Source of the DNA: Trichormus sp. ATA11-4-KO1
Lineage (GTDB): Bacteria; Cyanobacteriota; Cyanobacteriia; Cyanobacteriales; Nostocaceae
Direction: 5' to 3'
DNA length: 64,000 nucleotides
NCBI GenBank assembly: GCA_019358915.1
Contig: JAHHIM010000010.1
Coordinates: forward strand, 64,001 to 128,000
In this document: positions 19,923 through 28,903 of the stretch, piece after piece
Position numbering within the stretch: position 1 is the first letter of the stretch
Layout: each line of letters starts with the position of its first letter
Position numbers and translations under genes: made by a program
Notes under the pieces: generated by a model
The model's database searches: none
What the model saw: only the letters and a program-made list of their open reading frames with translations
What the model was told of the DNA's origin: nothing

Positions 19923-21536
19923 TTACTCTGAGATATTAACTAAAGTTTCAACTTGAGAAGAAGCTAAAGTTGGTGCTGTAAATATACGCGAGTACAAACT
20001 TGCTGGTTGCTGACGTGCGACAACTGGTAGAACTTGACGGGCATGGGCTGCTAGTTCTACTGTCTTCACATCATAAGTCTGCGTTGCCAATTTGGGATAG
20101 AAACCAATGCCGATGATGGGAACTATCAAACAAGCAGTGATAAACAATTCGCGGGGTTTGATATCGGCAATTACTGCATCTAAATGTAATTCTTCGCTTT
20201 GCTGACCGTAGAATACTTGGCGCAGCATGGACAGTAAGTAAATCGGTGTCAAAATCACGCCCACGGCTGACAACAGGATGATGACAACTTTGAAACTGGA
20301 ACTGTAAACATCGCTGGAGGCAATACCGAGGAACACCATCAATTCACCGACAAAGCCACTCATTCCAGGTAAAGCCAGAGAGGCCATTGAACCAACAGTA
20401 AACATTGCGAAGGTTCTGGGCATTACTTTCGCCATACCGCCCATTTTGTCCATCATCAAGGTGTGAGTACGTTCGTAAGTTACACCAGAGAGGAAGAATA
20501 AACTAGCAGCAATCAAACCGTGGGAAACCATCTGTAGCACTGCACCACTAGCACCAATTTCGGTGTAAGAGGCAATTCCGATTAAGACAAATCCCATGTG
20601 GGCAATTGAAGAGTAAGCCAAGCGGCGTTTGAGATTTGTTTGGGCGAAGGCACAGCAAGCACCGTAAACAATGTTCACTACACCCAACACTGCTAGGACT
20701 GGGGCAAAGTAAACATGGGCATTAGGCAACATTTCCACGTTGATACGGATGAGGGCATAACCACCCATTTTTAACAACACACCAGCCAAAATCATGGAAC
20801 CAGGTGCAGATGCTTCACCGTGGGCATCAGGTAACCAGGTGTGTAAAGGGAAAATTGGCAACTTCACACCGAAGGCAATCAAGAAACCTGCATAAGTTAA
20901 CAATTCAACAGCTTTGGGGTATTGCTTCATGCCCAGAGTTGCCATGTCGAAGGTGACGGTATCTCCAGAGAATGCCATGGCAAAACCAGCTACCAAGATA
21001 AATATTGATGCTGCAGCTGTGTAGAGAATGAACTTGGTGGCTGCATAACGGCGGTTTTGACCTCCCCAAATGGAAATCAGCAGGTAGACAGGTACTAACT
21101 CTATTTCCCACATCAGGAAGAACAACAGCAAATCTTGGGCGACAAATACACCAAGTTGAGCGCTGTACATCGCCAACATCAAACCATAAAACAATCGCGG
21201 CTTGTTGGTGACTTTCCAAGCCGCGAAGATTGCGAGTGTATTAATCAAACCTGTTAACAGGACTAGGGGCATCGATAAACCATCAACCCCGACTGCCCAA
21301 TTTAAACCTAGTTGTGGAACCCAAGTATAATTTTCTACGAGTTGCAGTGTGGAGTTTTGGAAATCGTAGCTATGCCAAAAAGCATAAATCATCAGGGCAA
21401 AGTCGGCGATCGCAACTCCCAGAACATACCACCGAACGGTTTTGCCTTCTTTATCTGGGATTAAAGGGATGGCTAGGGCAGCCACCAAGGGCAATAAAAC
21501 TATGGCTGACAGCCAGGGAAATTCAATAGCATTCAT
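19923..21536 (-). CDS. ndhD: NAD(P)H-quinone oxidoreductase subunit 4 (NdhD)
   Basis: Multi-TM NuoM-type protein; [18 protein letters not shown] and AYSSIAHMG motifs. Confidence 0.93.
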   Translation of the reverse strand: MNAIEFPWLSAIVLLPLVAALAIPLIPDKEGKTVRWYVLGVAIADFALMIYAFWHSYDFQNSTLQLVENYTWVPQLGLNWAVGVDGLSMPLVLLTGLINTLAIFAAWKVTNKPRLFYGLMLAMYSAQLGVFVAQDLLLFFLMWEIELVPVYLLISIWGGQNRRYAATKFILYTAAASIFILVAGFAMAFSGDTVTFDMATLGMKQYPKAVELLTYAGFLIAFGVKLPIFPLHTWLPDAHGEASAPGSMILAGVLLKMGGYALIRINVEMLPNAHVYFAPVLAVLGVVNIVYGACCAFAQTNLKRRLAYSSIAHMGFVLIGIASYTEIGASGAVLQMVSHGLIAASLFFLSGVTYERTHTLMMDKMGGMAKVMPRTFAMFTVGSMASLALPGMSGFVGELMVFLGIASSDVYSSSFKVVIILLSAVGVILTPIYLLSMLRQVFYGQQSEELHLDAVIADIKPRELFITACLIVPIIGIGFYPKLATQTYDVKTVELAAHARQVLPVVARQQPASLYSRIFTAPTLASSQVETLVNISE

Positions 21537-21812
21537 CACTTCTGACAATCAATTTACCTTTTTACTTTTAATTACATTATATTAAGGAATCGTTACTTTT
21601 GTAAATGTTATTTATCCCTAATCCCGGTTTTTTGCAAAAATTTTAGGAATAAATACTCATTGATTCCCGTCAAGCCTATTCTAATTGTAAACTTTTGCAA
21701 CGTCAACAAAAAAAATAATAAAAAAGGCGGCTAAAGCCACCGTTTAAAGTTATGATATTCAATGGTTTGCATAGATACGGATAATTTGATCAAACCGCAA
21801 AGAGTGCCAAGT

Positions 21813-22358
21813 TTAAACAATTCGATTCACAATTGTCCAGACTTCTCCATCTGAGCGGACATAGGGAACTGAGATGGTTTTAAACCCAGTAATAAAAGGT
21901 TTGTAGTACACCTGCCAATACATGGGACTGAGATAATCAGCACAAGACTTCAACTGGCGGATTTCTGTTGCTAGTTCCGCAGCCAGTTGATTAATGCGTT
22001 CAGCATGAACCTGAGCCACTTCTCTGGCTGCTTCTAACTCTTGCTCTTGGGTAAGTTGTCTTGATTCTTTTTGCCAATTTTTTAATTCAGCTTGTTTGTA
22101 TTGTCGCTGTACTTCCAACGCCGCGATCGCATCGTCTATACCCTTGAGTTCTACAGACAATTGGGGATTTTCTCTGGCTTGGCGGCGATAAGCTTCAACC
22201 ATTGCCGACGGTGAATTATTTTCGCTAGATAATACATTATTAGCTGAATCATGATCGCCAGATAACACATTCTCAATAGTTAGCGCAGCGCGTTCTTGCT
22301 GGAGAGCCTGAATTTGTGAGTTCAGGGTGGTGATTTCTGTATGAATTGGATTAATCAT
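21813..22358 (-). CDS. Coiled-coil hypothetical protein, probably co-transcribed with thrB
   Basis: 181-aa ORF starting 6 bp after the thrB stop. Confidence 0.75.
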   Translation of the reverse strand: MINPIHTEITTLNSQIQALQQERAALTIENVLSGDHDSANNVLSSENNSPSAMVEAYRRQARENPQLSVELKGIDDAIAALEVQRQYKQAELKNWQKESRQLTQEQELEAAREVAQVHAERINQLAAELATEIRQLKSCADYLSPMYWQVYYKPFITGFKTISVPYVRSDGEVWTIVNRIV

Positions 22359-22364
22359 TGCGGT

Positions 22365-23282
22365 TTATCCTTCGTAGCTTGCACCTTGGGTATCGAGAGA
22401 AAGCGATCGCACAACTGCTATAATTCCTGCTGACTGCCAAGCTGATAACATAGCCTCCTCTACAGCTGGGGAATGCAACTTATGTACTAAAGCTAACAGT
22501 GTTGGCCCTGCACCACTAATCACCATCCCATAGGCACCAGCTTTCACCGCAGCTGCATTTACCGTATCGTAGCCAGGAATCAAAGCTTGACGATATGGCT
22601 GATGCAATTTATCTTGCAAAGCCGTCCTTAACCATTCTCCCTTACCAGTTTCCAAGCCGCGTAATAATAACCCTAGATGCGCTGTGTTGAAAATTGCATC
22701 TGCACGACTCACTTGAGTGGGTAAAACTTGCCGTGCTTCACTGGTGGAAAGTTCAAAATCAGGAATAGCTACTACTGGTACAACATCTGCATTCCAGGGA
22801 ACTTCGCAAATTTCCCAATCATCGCCATAGGTAGCAGCCAAACGACATCCCCCCAACAGTGCTGGAACTACATTATCAGGATGCCCTTCCATTGCGATCG
22901 CTAATTCCATCACCTGCAACTGACTCAAAGGCTCACCCGCCAGTTGATTCGCACCAACCAAGCCGCCGACAATGGCTGTAGCTGAACTACCCAAACCTCT
23001 CGCCAAGGGTACACCCAACTCAATCTCCATTTTTACCGATGGCGGTGTCTGTCCTATATATTGATAGCACTTAACAAACGCCTGATAGAGCAAATTACTT
23101 TCATCGGTTTGCACCCGTTCGGCTTCTGCACCTGTGACATTAATAATTAATCCACCCTCTTCTAAGCGAGTGAACTTGAATTTGTTGTACAGAGTTAAAG
23201 CTGCACCAATACAGTCAAAACCAGGCCCCAAGTTAGCCGTGGTGGCAGGAACGGTAACAGTGATACTAGAAACGACAGACAT
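22365..23282 (-). CDS. thrB: Homoserine kinase
   Basis: [29 protein letters not shown] and ISGAGPT motifs. Confidence 0.96.
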   Translation of the reverse strand: MSVVSSITVTVPATTANLGPGFDCIGAALTLYNKFKFTRLEEGGLIINVTGAEAERVQTDESNLLYQAFVKCYQYIGQTPPSVKMEIELGVPLARGLGSSATAIVGGLVGANQLAGEPLSQLQVMELAIAMEGHPDNVVPALLGGCRLAATYGDDWEICEVPWNADVVPVVAIPDFELSTSEARQVLPTQVSRADAIFNTAHLGLLLRGLETGKGEWLRTALQDKLHQPYRQALIPGYDTVNAAAVKAGAYGMVISGAGPTLLALVHKLHSPAVEEAMLSAWQSAGIIAVVRSLSLDTQGASYEG

Positions 23283-23397
23283 CTGCAAATACTCTCCAAT
23301 CATCAACCAGCATCTCATGTAAAGGTTACTGTTAGGTAGTTTGTAAAAGTCAATAACCAGATTAAAATAAGACTAGATTTCAATAGTTAAGGTAACA

Positions 23398-23622
23398 ATG
23401 GAAGTTTTTCAGATGAAGTCAACTGTTGGTGAATCAGGAGATTTGCATATTGAGATTCCCACAAAGTTGCCACCCGGACAGGTAAGTATAGTAGTTATAT
23501 TGAATCCTCTTGTCCCAAACAGCGTACTGGAAGCTGATTATGATTTTTCTGATGTCGCCGGAAAGTTAGCCTGGCAGGGGGATGCAGTAGCCATGCAAAG
23601 GTTGCTTAGGGATGAGTGGTAA
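23398..23622 (+). CDS. Putative antitoxin of a VapBC-type module
   Basis: 74 aa, ends in RLLRDEW and overlaps the start of a PIN-domain gene. Confidence 0.7.
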   Translation: MEVFQMKSTVGESGDLHIEIPTKLPPGQVSIVVILNPLVPNSVLEADYDFSDVAGKLAWQGDAVAMQRLLRDEW

Positions 23623-23990
23623 TCGTTATTTGCTTGATACAAATGCGGTGGTGGCACTGCTACAAGGTAATTCACAACTACTACAACTGTTGCAAAATGC
23701 TGATTGGGTGGGAATTTCTGTTATTAGTCAAATTGAATTTTTAGCATTTTCTGGGTTGAGTCAGGAAGATAAGCTAGTTTTTCAGCAATTTTTAAGACGG
23801 GTGGAAGTTGTTAGTTTAATGTCCGGGGATACAGTATTAATTGAACAGGTGATCCAACTTCGCCAACAATATCGCCTAAAATTACCGGATGCAATCATCG
23901 CAGCAATGGCCGCTTCAGATCAATGCAAACTTGGTAACTCTAGATCAGGAATTTGCTAAAGTCTCCACACTAAAAGTTATTGGCTGGTAG
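23612..23990 (+). pseudogene. vapC: PIN-domain (VapC) toxin with a +1 frameshift near 23910
   Basis: YLLDTN, SVISQIE and LKLPDAIIAA motifs; the conserved tail LQINANLVTLDQEFAKVSTLKVIGW* continues in another frame to TAG at 23988-23990. Confidence 0.82.
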
Positions 23991-24087
23991 CTGGCAAAGT
24001 CTTGCTTGATTTTAGCAGCGTCGCTGATTTACAGTCGTGGTTAGGCTAAACAATGCCTAGCCTACGAAGGGTTAAAAGTTCTCGAAG

Positions 24088-24390
24088 TTAGCGATCGCCT
24101 TTTAGTTCATCTACGAGTCTGTTTCCATGAATCACTGCTGCAATAGTCACGGTGTCACCTTGAATTCGATAAATAATTCGATAACTGTATGCAAACTTTT
24201 CCCTGATATTATCTTTACCAAACTCTGGTACTAATCGACCTGAAAAGGGAAATTCGTTTAAATTTTGAGTTACATCAAGTATTTTTTGTACGACTGTAGC
24301 CGCATAAGCAGCCGAGTCACGAGATATGTATGTAGCGATTGCTTCTACATCTTCTAAAGCTTTAGTAGACCAGACTACTTGATAAGCCAT
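24088..24390 (-). CDS. RelE/ParE family toxin
   Basis: VVWSTKALEDVEAI...FPFSGR...YRIIYRI...IAAVIHG pattern. Confidence 0.88.
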   Translation of the reverse strand: MAYQVVWSTKALEDVEAIATYISRDSAAYAATVVQKILDVTQNLNEFPFSGRLVPEFGKDNIREKFAYSYRIIYRIQGDTVTIAAVIHGNRLVDELKGDR

Positions 24391-24563
24391 TTGCTTAAAA
24401 GTTCTTTAGCTTCTTGTTGGCTAATGGTTTTTTCTGTATCAGCTACTTCCAATCCATGACGAACTTTTTCGATGACATACAAATGATACTGGATATCTTC
24501 AATTGAGCAGTCATCTGGTAGTTGCTGTAAAAGAGATTGCACTTGTGCTTTTGTAGTACTCAT
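24375..24563 (-). CDS. Antitoxin partner of the RelE/ParE toxin
   Basis: LPDDCSIEDIQYHLYV pattern; overlaps the toxin start. Confidence 0.78.
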   Translation of the reverse strand: MSTTKAQVQSLLQQLPDDCSIEDIQYHLYVIEKVRHGLEVADTEKTISQQEAKELLSKWLIK

Positions 24564-24617
24564 AGGCTGTTTGAGTGATTTATTTTTTAGACTAGACAAT
24601 GCCTAGCCTACGGATGG

Positions 24618-26462
24618 TTAGAAGTTATCGAAGTTAGCGATCGCATTTTTCATTTTATCTAGCACCTCATCTACAGGTATCGCGCCTAACTCCCCAGAAG
24701 CACGGGTACGGATACTTAAGCTGTTGGATTCCACTTCTTTAGCTCCCACAACTGCCATTACGGGTATTTTTTGTTTCTCGGCATTGCGGATTAATTTACC
24801 CAGGCGATCGCCACTAGTATCGACTTCGGCACGGATACCCAAAGCCAACATTTTCGCTGCCACATCTTTGGTAAAATCTAGTTGGTCTTCTCCTACTGGT
24901 AATAATCGAGCTTGCACTGGCGCTAACCACAAGGGGAAATCACCAGCGTATTCTTCAATCAAAATCCCAATCAGCCGTTCCAGAGAACCAAAAGGCGCAC
25001 GGTGAATCATTATGGGACGTTGGCGGGAACCATCTTCAGCGACGTATTCTAAATCAAAGCGTTCAGGTAAGTTGTAATCTACCTGGACTGTTCCTAGTTG
25101 CCATTCTCGTTCTAAGGCATCACTCACAATGAAGTCTAGCTTTGGCCCATAGAAAGCCGCTTCACCAATACCTTCAAAGTGTTCCATTCCTAAGGTTTCA
25201 ACGGCTCGACGAATAGCATTTTCGGCTTGGTTCCAAGCTTGATCAGATCCAATATATTTATCACTAGCAGGATCACGAAAACTGAGTCTTGCTTTGAAAT
25301 TCCCCAGTTGCAGAGTTTTAATCACTGACAATATCAGATCAACCACGTTGAGGAATTCGTTATCCAATTGCTCTGGAGTCACAAAAATATGGGCATCATC
25401 TTGAGTGAAACCCCTAACTCGCGTTAAACCGCCCAATTCTCCTGATTGTTCGTAGCGGTAAACAGTACCGAATTCTGCCAATCTGATTGGTAATTCCCGA
25501 TAAGAACGTAATTCACTCTTATAAATTTGGATGTGGAAGGGGCAATTCATCGCTTTCAGGACAAAGCCCTGTTCATGCGCTGCTGCTTCCTCATCCTCTG
25601 CCATCATTGGGAAAAGGTCATCTTTATATTTTTGCCAATGTCCAGAAGTTTTGAATAAGTCAACTCTACCAATGTGAGGGGTGACAACCTGCTGGTAGCC
25701 ACGTTTTAGCTGTTCTTGTTTGAGGAAGTCTTCTAAAATACTCCGCAGCAAAGTACCTTTGGGTGTCCATAAGGGTAAACCTGGCCCCACTTGTTCAGAA
25801 AATATAAATAATCCTAGTTCCTTACCGAGTTTACGATGGTCACGCCGCAAAGCTTCTTCTTTACGTCGCTTATACTCAGCAAGTTGTTCTGGACTTTCCC
25901 ACGCAGTAGCATAGATGCGTTGTAACTGTGCTTTGGTTTCGTCTCCACGCCAATAAGCACCAGCAACACTTTCTAATTCAATGGCTTTGGGGTTTAATTC
26001 GCTAGTATTTTCTACGTGAGGTCCGGCGCACAAATCCCACCATTCATTTCCTAAATGGTAAATTGTGATGGGTTCTTCTTTGATATCTGCTAGGATTTCT
26101 AGTTTGTAAGGTTCCTGAATTCCCTGAATGCGTTTTTCGGCTTCTGTGCGGCTGACTTCTTCTCGAATCACTGGCAATTTGCGATTAATAATTTTAACCA
26201 TCTCTTTCTTGATGGCTTTTAAATCATTTTCGCTAAATGGTTCTGGACTATCAAAATCGTAGTAAAAACCGTTCTCAATCCAGGGGCCGATTGTAACTTG
26301 CGCCTTGGGAAACAACTTTTGTACTGCCATTGCCATCACATGAGAAGCTGTGTGACGAATCTTTTTTAAGTTTTCTGATTCGCTGGTACGCGGTAAATAC
26401 ATTTTTTCAGGTTGTTCTGACTGACTAAGAGATGATTTTGGCGACATCGGTTGCTGAACCAT
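24618..26462 (-). CDS. thrS: Threonine--tRNA ligase
   Basis: RHTASH, DLCAGPH, MNCPFH, RVRGFTQDDAH and IHRAPFGSLER motifs. Confidence 0.97.
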   Translation of the reverse strand: MVQQPMSPKSSLSQSEQPEKMYLPRTSESENLKKIRHTASHVMAMAVQKLFPKAQVTIGPWIENGFYYDFDSPEPFSENDLKAIKKEMVKIINRKLPVIREEVSRTEAEKRIQGIQEPYKLEILADIKEEPITIYHLGNEWWDLCAGPHVENTSELNPKAIELESVAGAYWRGDETKAQLQRIYATAWESPEQLAEYKRRKEEALRRDHRKLGKELGLFIFSEQVGPGLPLWTPKGTLLRSILEDFLKQEQLKRGYQQVVTPHIGRVDLFKTSGHWQKYKDDLFPMMAEDEEAAAHEQGFVLKAMNCPFHIQIYKSELRSYRELPIRLAEFGTVYRYEQSGELGGLTRVRGFTQDDAHIFVTPEQLDNEFLNVVDLILSVIKTLQLGNFKARLSFRDPASDKYIGSDQAWNQAENAIRRAVETLGMEHFEGIGEAAFYGPKLDFIVSDALEREWQLGTVQVDYNLPERFDLEYVAEDGSRQRPIMIHRAPFGSLERLIGILIEEYAGDFPLWLAPVQARLLPVGEDQLDFTKDVAAKMLALGIRAEVDTSGDRLGKLIRNAEKQKIPVMAVVGAKEVESNSLSIRTRASGELGAIPVDEVLDKMKNAIANFDNF

Positions 26463-26930
26463 TGGCGAAGTGATTGCAAAAAGATAATTTTAGTAGTTGA
26501 ATCTGTGCAAAATCTACCCAGAGACTAGGGTATGGGGGGATAAGGAGACAGTGTTTTCAAGTGCTGCTTCAAATATAGCGAGTTTAATTACTTTAATTAC
26601 TGCTGGATGAATTAACCCTTTTCTCATAAACCACAGATGCTGAGGGTTAAGCATTAGCGCCAAAGTGAAATATTCTGCACACTAGCATGTGATGCCTAGG
26701 GTACGTTAGACTAACGCCTTGCCGAGAATCTTCCAAACCCATTCTCTGTATGGTTTCCTCTGCACATCTAGAGTTTACATAAAGCTTCTACCAATATTAG
26801 CTTTACATTTATTTCGTAACTATCATTACAGATTTTTCCACAACCTATCCCAGGAAGGAGCATATAAGAATATTAAAAATTGTAAACAATGTTAATATTA
26901 GTAGAGAAGTTGGAAATATACTTTTTAGTT

Positions 26931-27248
26931 ATGCAAGACTCAAATTTACCAGGGACTGAGCTGCTGAAAACGGTATTAGAACCCTTACTGGGAGATTTTC
27001 AGTATTGGTTCGGGCGATCGCGTCAATTGTTAGAAACCGAGCAACTCTCATTTATGAGTCACGAAGAGCAATCTGATTTACTCTTGCGAGTCAAGCAAGC
27101 GCAAGAGGAAGTAAATACAGCAAAAATGATGTTTACCGCAACTGACGGACAAGTTGGGATTGATATGAATACCTTAATGCCTTGGCATCAATTGGTAACA
27201 GAATGCTGGAATGCGTCAATGCATTTCCATCAAGCGCGAGAAGTCTGA
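26931..27248 (+). CDS. DUF2605-like conserved cyanobacterial protein
   Basis: LLKTVLEPLLGDFQYWF and LMPWHQLVTECW motifs. Confidence 0.75.
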   Translation: MQDSNLPGTELLKTVLEPLLGDFQYWFGRSRQLLETEQLSFMSHEEQSDLLLRVKQAQEEVNTAKMMFTATDGQVGIDMNTLMPWHQLVTECWNASMHFHQAREV

Positions 27249-27526
27249 AGTCTGGCTGCTGCTGGTTTACTTCAGCAAGCTGATTGCCACAACAGCAAGA
27301 CAGTATACAAATCTCATTGATAGTAAAGAATCCTTAACATTATTTTTATTAACAAATAATGTATCCTATGCTACCGTAATCTGAATAGCGTTTGAAAATT
27401 TTTTCTAAATAAATATAGACGCACCAAGAGTGCGTCAAAACTTTAACATCGTCGTAATTCACAATATTATCGATGAAGCGTTACAGTATAAGGTTTTAAA
27501 ACTTGCTGCTCCTGGAGGAAAAACCG

Positions 27527-27856
27527 ATGTTACACCTACTTTACATTCTTGCTTTTACAATCCTTGCTTTTATTGCCGTTGCTAACTTAATCCGCAACTT
27601 GATCATGTTTAGTTTTGATCGAGAGAGAACTTATCCGTCCCAATATTCGCCAAGAGGTAATCAGAGTAATTTTGCTTATTTTTCGGCAAAAAAACAGTTT
27701 ATTCCCCATCCAGAGTTATTAGATAATGCAGGTAACTTAATCAAAGAACCTTTGTTAGTCATGCGTTCTGTCAACGTTGAAGATGCTCGTCAACAGCTAG
27801 ATGCTCTTTATGAAGCTTCCCCAGGACAGAAAATTGACCGTCAAGAAGAGGGTTAA
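27527..27856 (+). CDS. DUF2973-like conserved cyanobacterial membrane protein
   Basis: N-terminal TM helix, HPELLD...EPLLV motif; GGAGG RBS upstream. Confidence 0.78.
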   Translation: MLHLLYILAFTILAFIAVANLIRNLIMFSFDRERTYPSQYSPRGNQSNFAYFSAKKQFIPHPELLDNAGNLIKEPLLVMRSVNVEDARQQLDALYEASPGQKIDRQEEG

Positions 27857-27889
27857 TTTATAATAGTCATAATTTAAAATTGGTAGGAG

Positions 27890-27916
27890 TAGGGGTTGAG
27901 CATTGCTCAACCCCTA
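27890..27916. repeat. REP-like palindrome or terminator
   Basis: TAGGGGTTGAGCA-T-TGCTCAACCCCTA; sister hairpin at 40468-40496. Confidence 0.7.
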
Positions 27917-28092
27917 AAATTATTGATGTGTCAAGAGGGATAAAGGTAATCGTAATTTGTACCTAACAACCATGCGATCGCTTCTTATTCACAACCACAA
28001 ACAGGGAAACAACATTGCCAGATTTCTCATCGCTAGGGCAATATTTATTGTTCTAAGTAAAGTTAAATAATTTCTGAATCAGCACTCAGCAC

Positions 28093-28226
28093 TAAGTAGG
28101 TAGGCACAAATAAAATCAACTATGTAAAAAAGAAAAATGAATCAGCTTAAAACCCTCTTCCCTTCTGCCTCCTGCCTTCTGCCTTCTGCCTTATCCTAGC
28201 GATAAATTTTCCCACCCACCTACTTA
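28093..28226. mobile_element. MITE, TAAGTAGGT family, copy 1
   Basis: TIR TAAGTAGGT/ACCTACTTA; near-identical inverted copy at 62295-62411. Confidence 0.87.
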
Positions 28227-28714
28227 TTTTGGTCATGATTGTAATTATATTCGGGAAACCAGTTTTCATTTAAAATCTGCTCTAAGGAACCAATGGGTAT
28301 AAGAGGAAATATATCAATTATTAGTTGAGTGCGATCGCTTGCTTCTTTTCTCGCTTCTTCATAACATTCATCAAATATTTCTAATATGTAAGGTTTTAAA
28401 CTAGGACTATCTTGAAGTTCATCTTTTATCTGTCTACGAAATGTCCTAATTTCCCCTTTCCAATGTCCTTGATTACGTTCTCTTTCCTCATGCCAATACT
28501 TGAGTTTTAGTAGATGTTCAAGAAGCTTAATCAATAAACTTTTAATTGCTCGCTTCTGACTCCTACCCATAGTTTCCAACTCTTCTAACAAATTATCTAA
28601 ATCAACTGAGGAAAACTGTTTCGTGCGAATTTGGTTGATAGTTATCCTCAGCCACAGATAATAATCTTGGTCGTATAGGGTTTGAGATGCTGGTTGTATT
28701 ATTGGTGTCATCAT
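28220..28714 (-). CDS. DUF29 domain protein
   Basis: LYDQDYYLW, DLDNLLEELETMGRS, HLLKL and DSPSLK motifs. Confidence 0.88.
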   Translation of the reverse strand: MMTPIIQPASQTLYDQDYYLWLRITINQIRTKQFSSVDLDNLLEELETMGRSQKRAIKSLLIKLLEHLLKLKYWHEERERNQGHWKGEIRTFRRQIKDELQDSPSLKPYILEIFDECYEEARKEASDRTQLIIDIFPLIPIGSLEQILNENWFPEYNYNHDQNK

Positions 28715-28903
28715 ACACTAGCGGCACTCCTACTATTTTTTTACTTTAGCCCAATTCCTGAATTGAGTTGGTTAGCAGATGAAAAAACGTGTTTGTAGTA
28801 AGCACTTGAGTGCTGAGAATATCAAGGACTAAAGTCCTTACTACAAACAAAAATTTCAAAATCCCAAAGTAAAAGCCTCTTGACTTCCGCGCAGCAGTAC
28901 TAG

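Larger units (their letters stand above)
24046..24644. repeat. 53-bp direct repeats (24046-24098 and 24592-24644) flanking a TA module
   Basis: 48/53 identity by eye; each copy ends in HIP1 and corresponds to the thrS 3' end plus downstream sequence. Confidence 0.88.

Noticed and set aside
26463..26900. Possible T-box or attenuator leader upstream of thrS
   Set aside because: No T-box consensus or Thr-rich leader peptide seen; only repeat-type sequence
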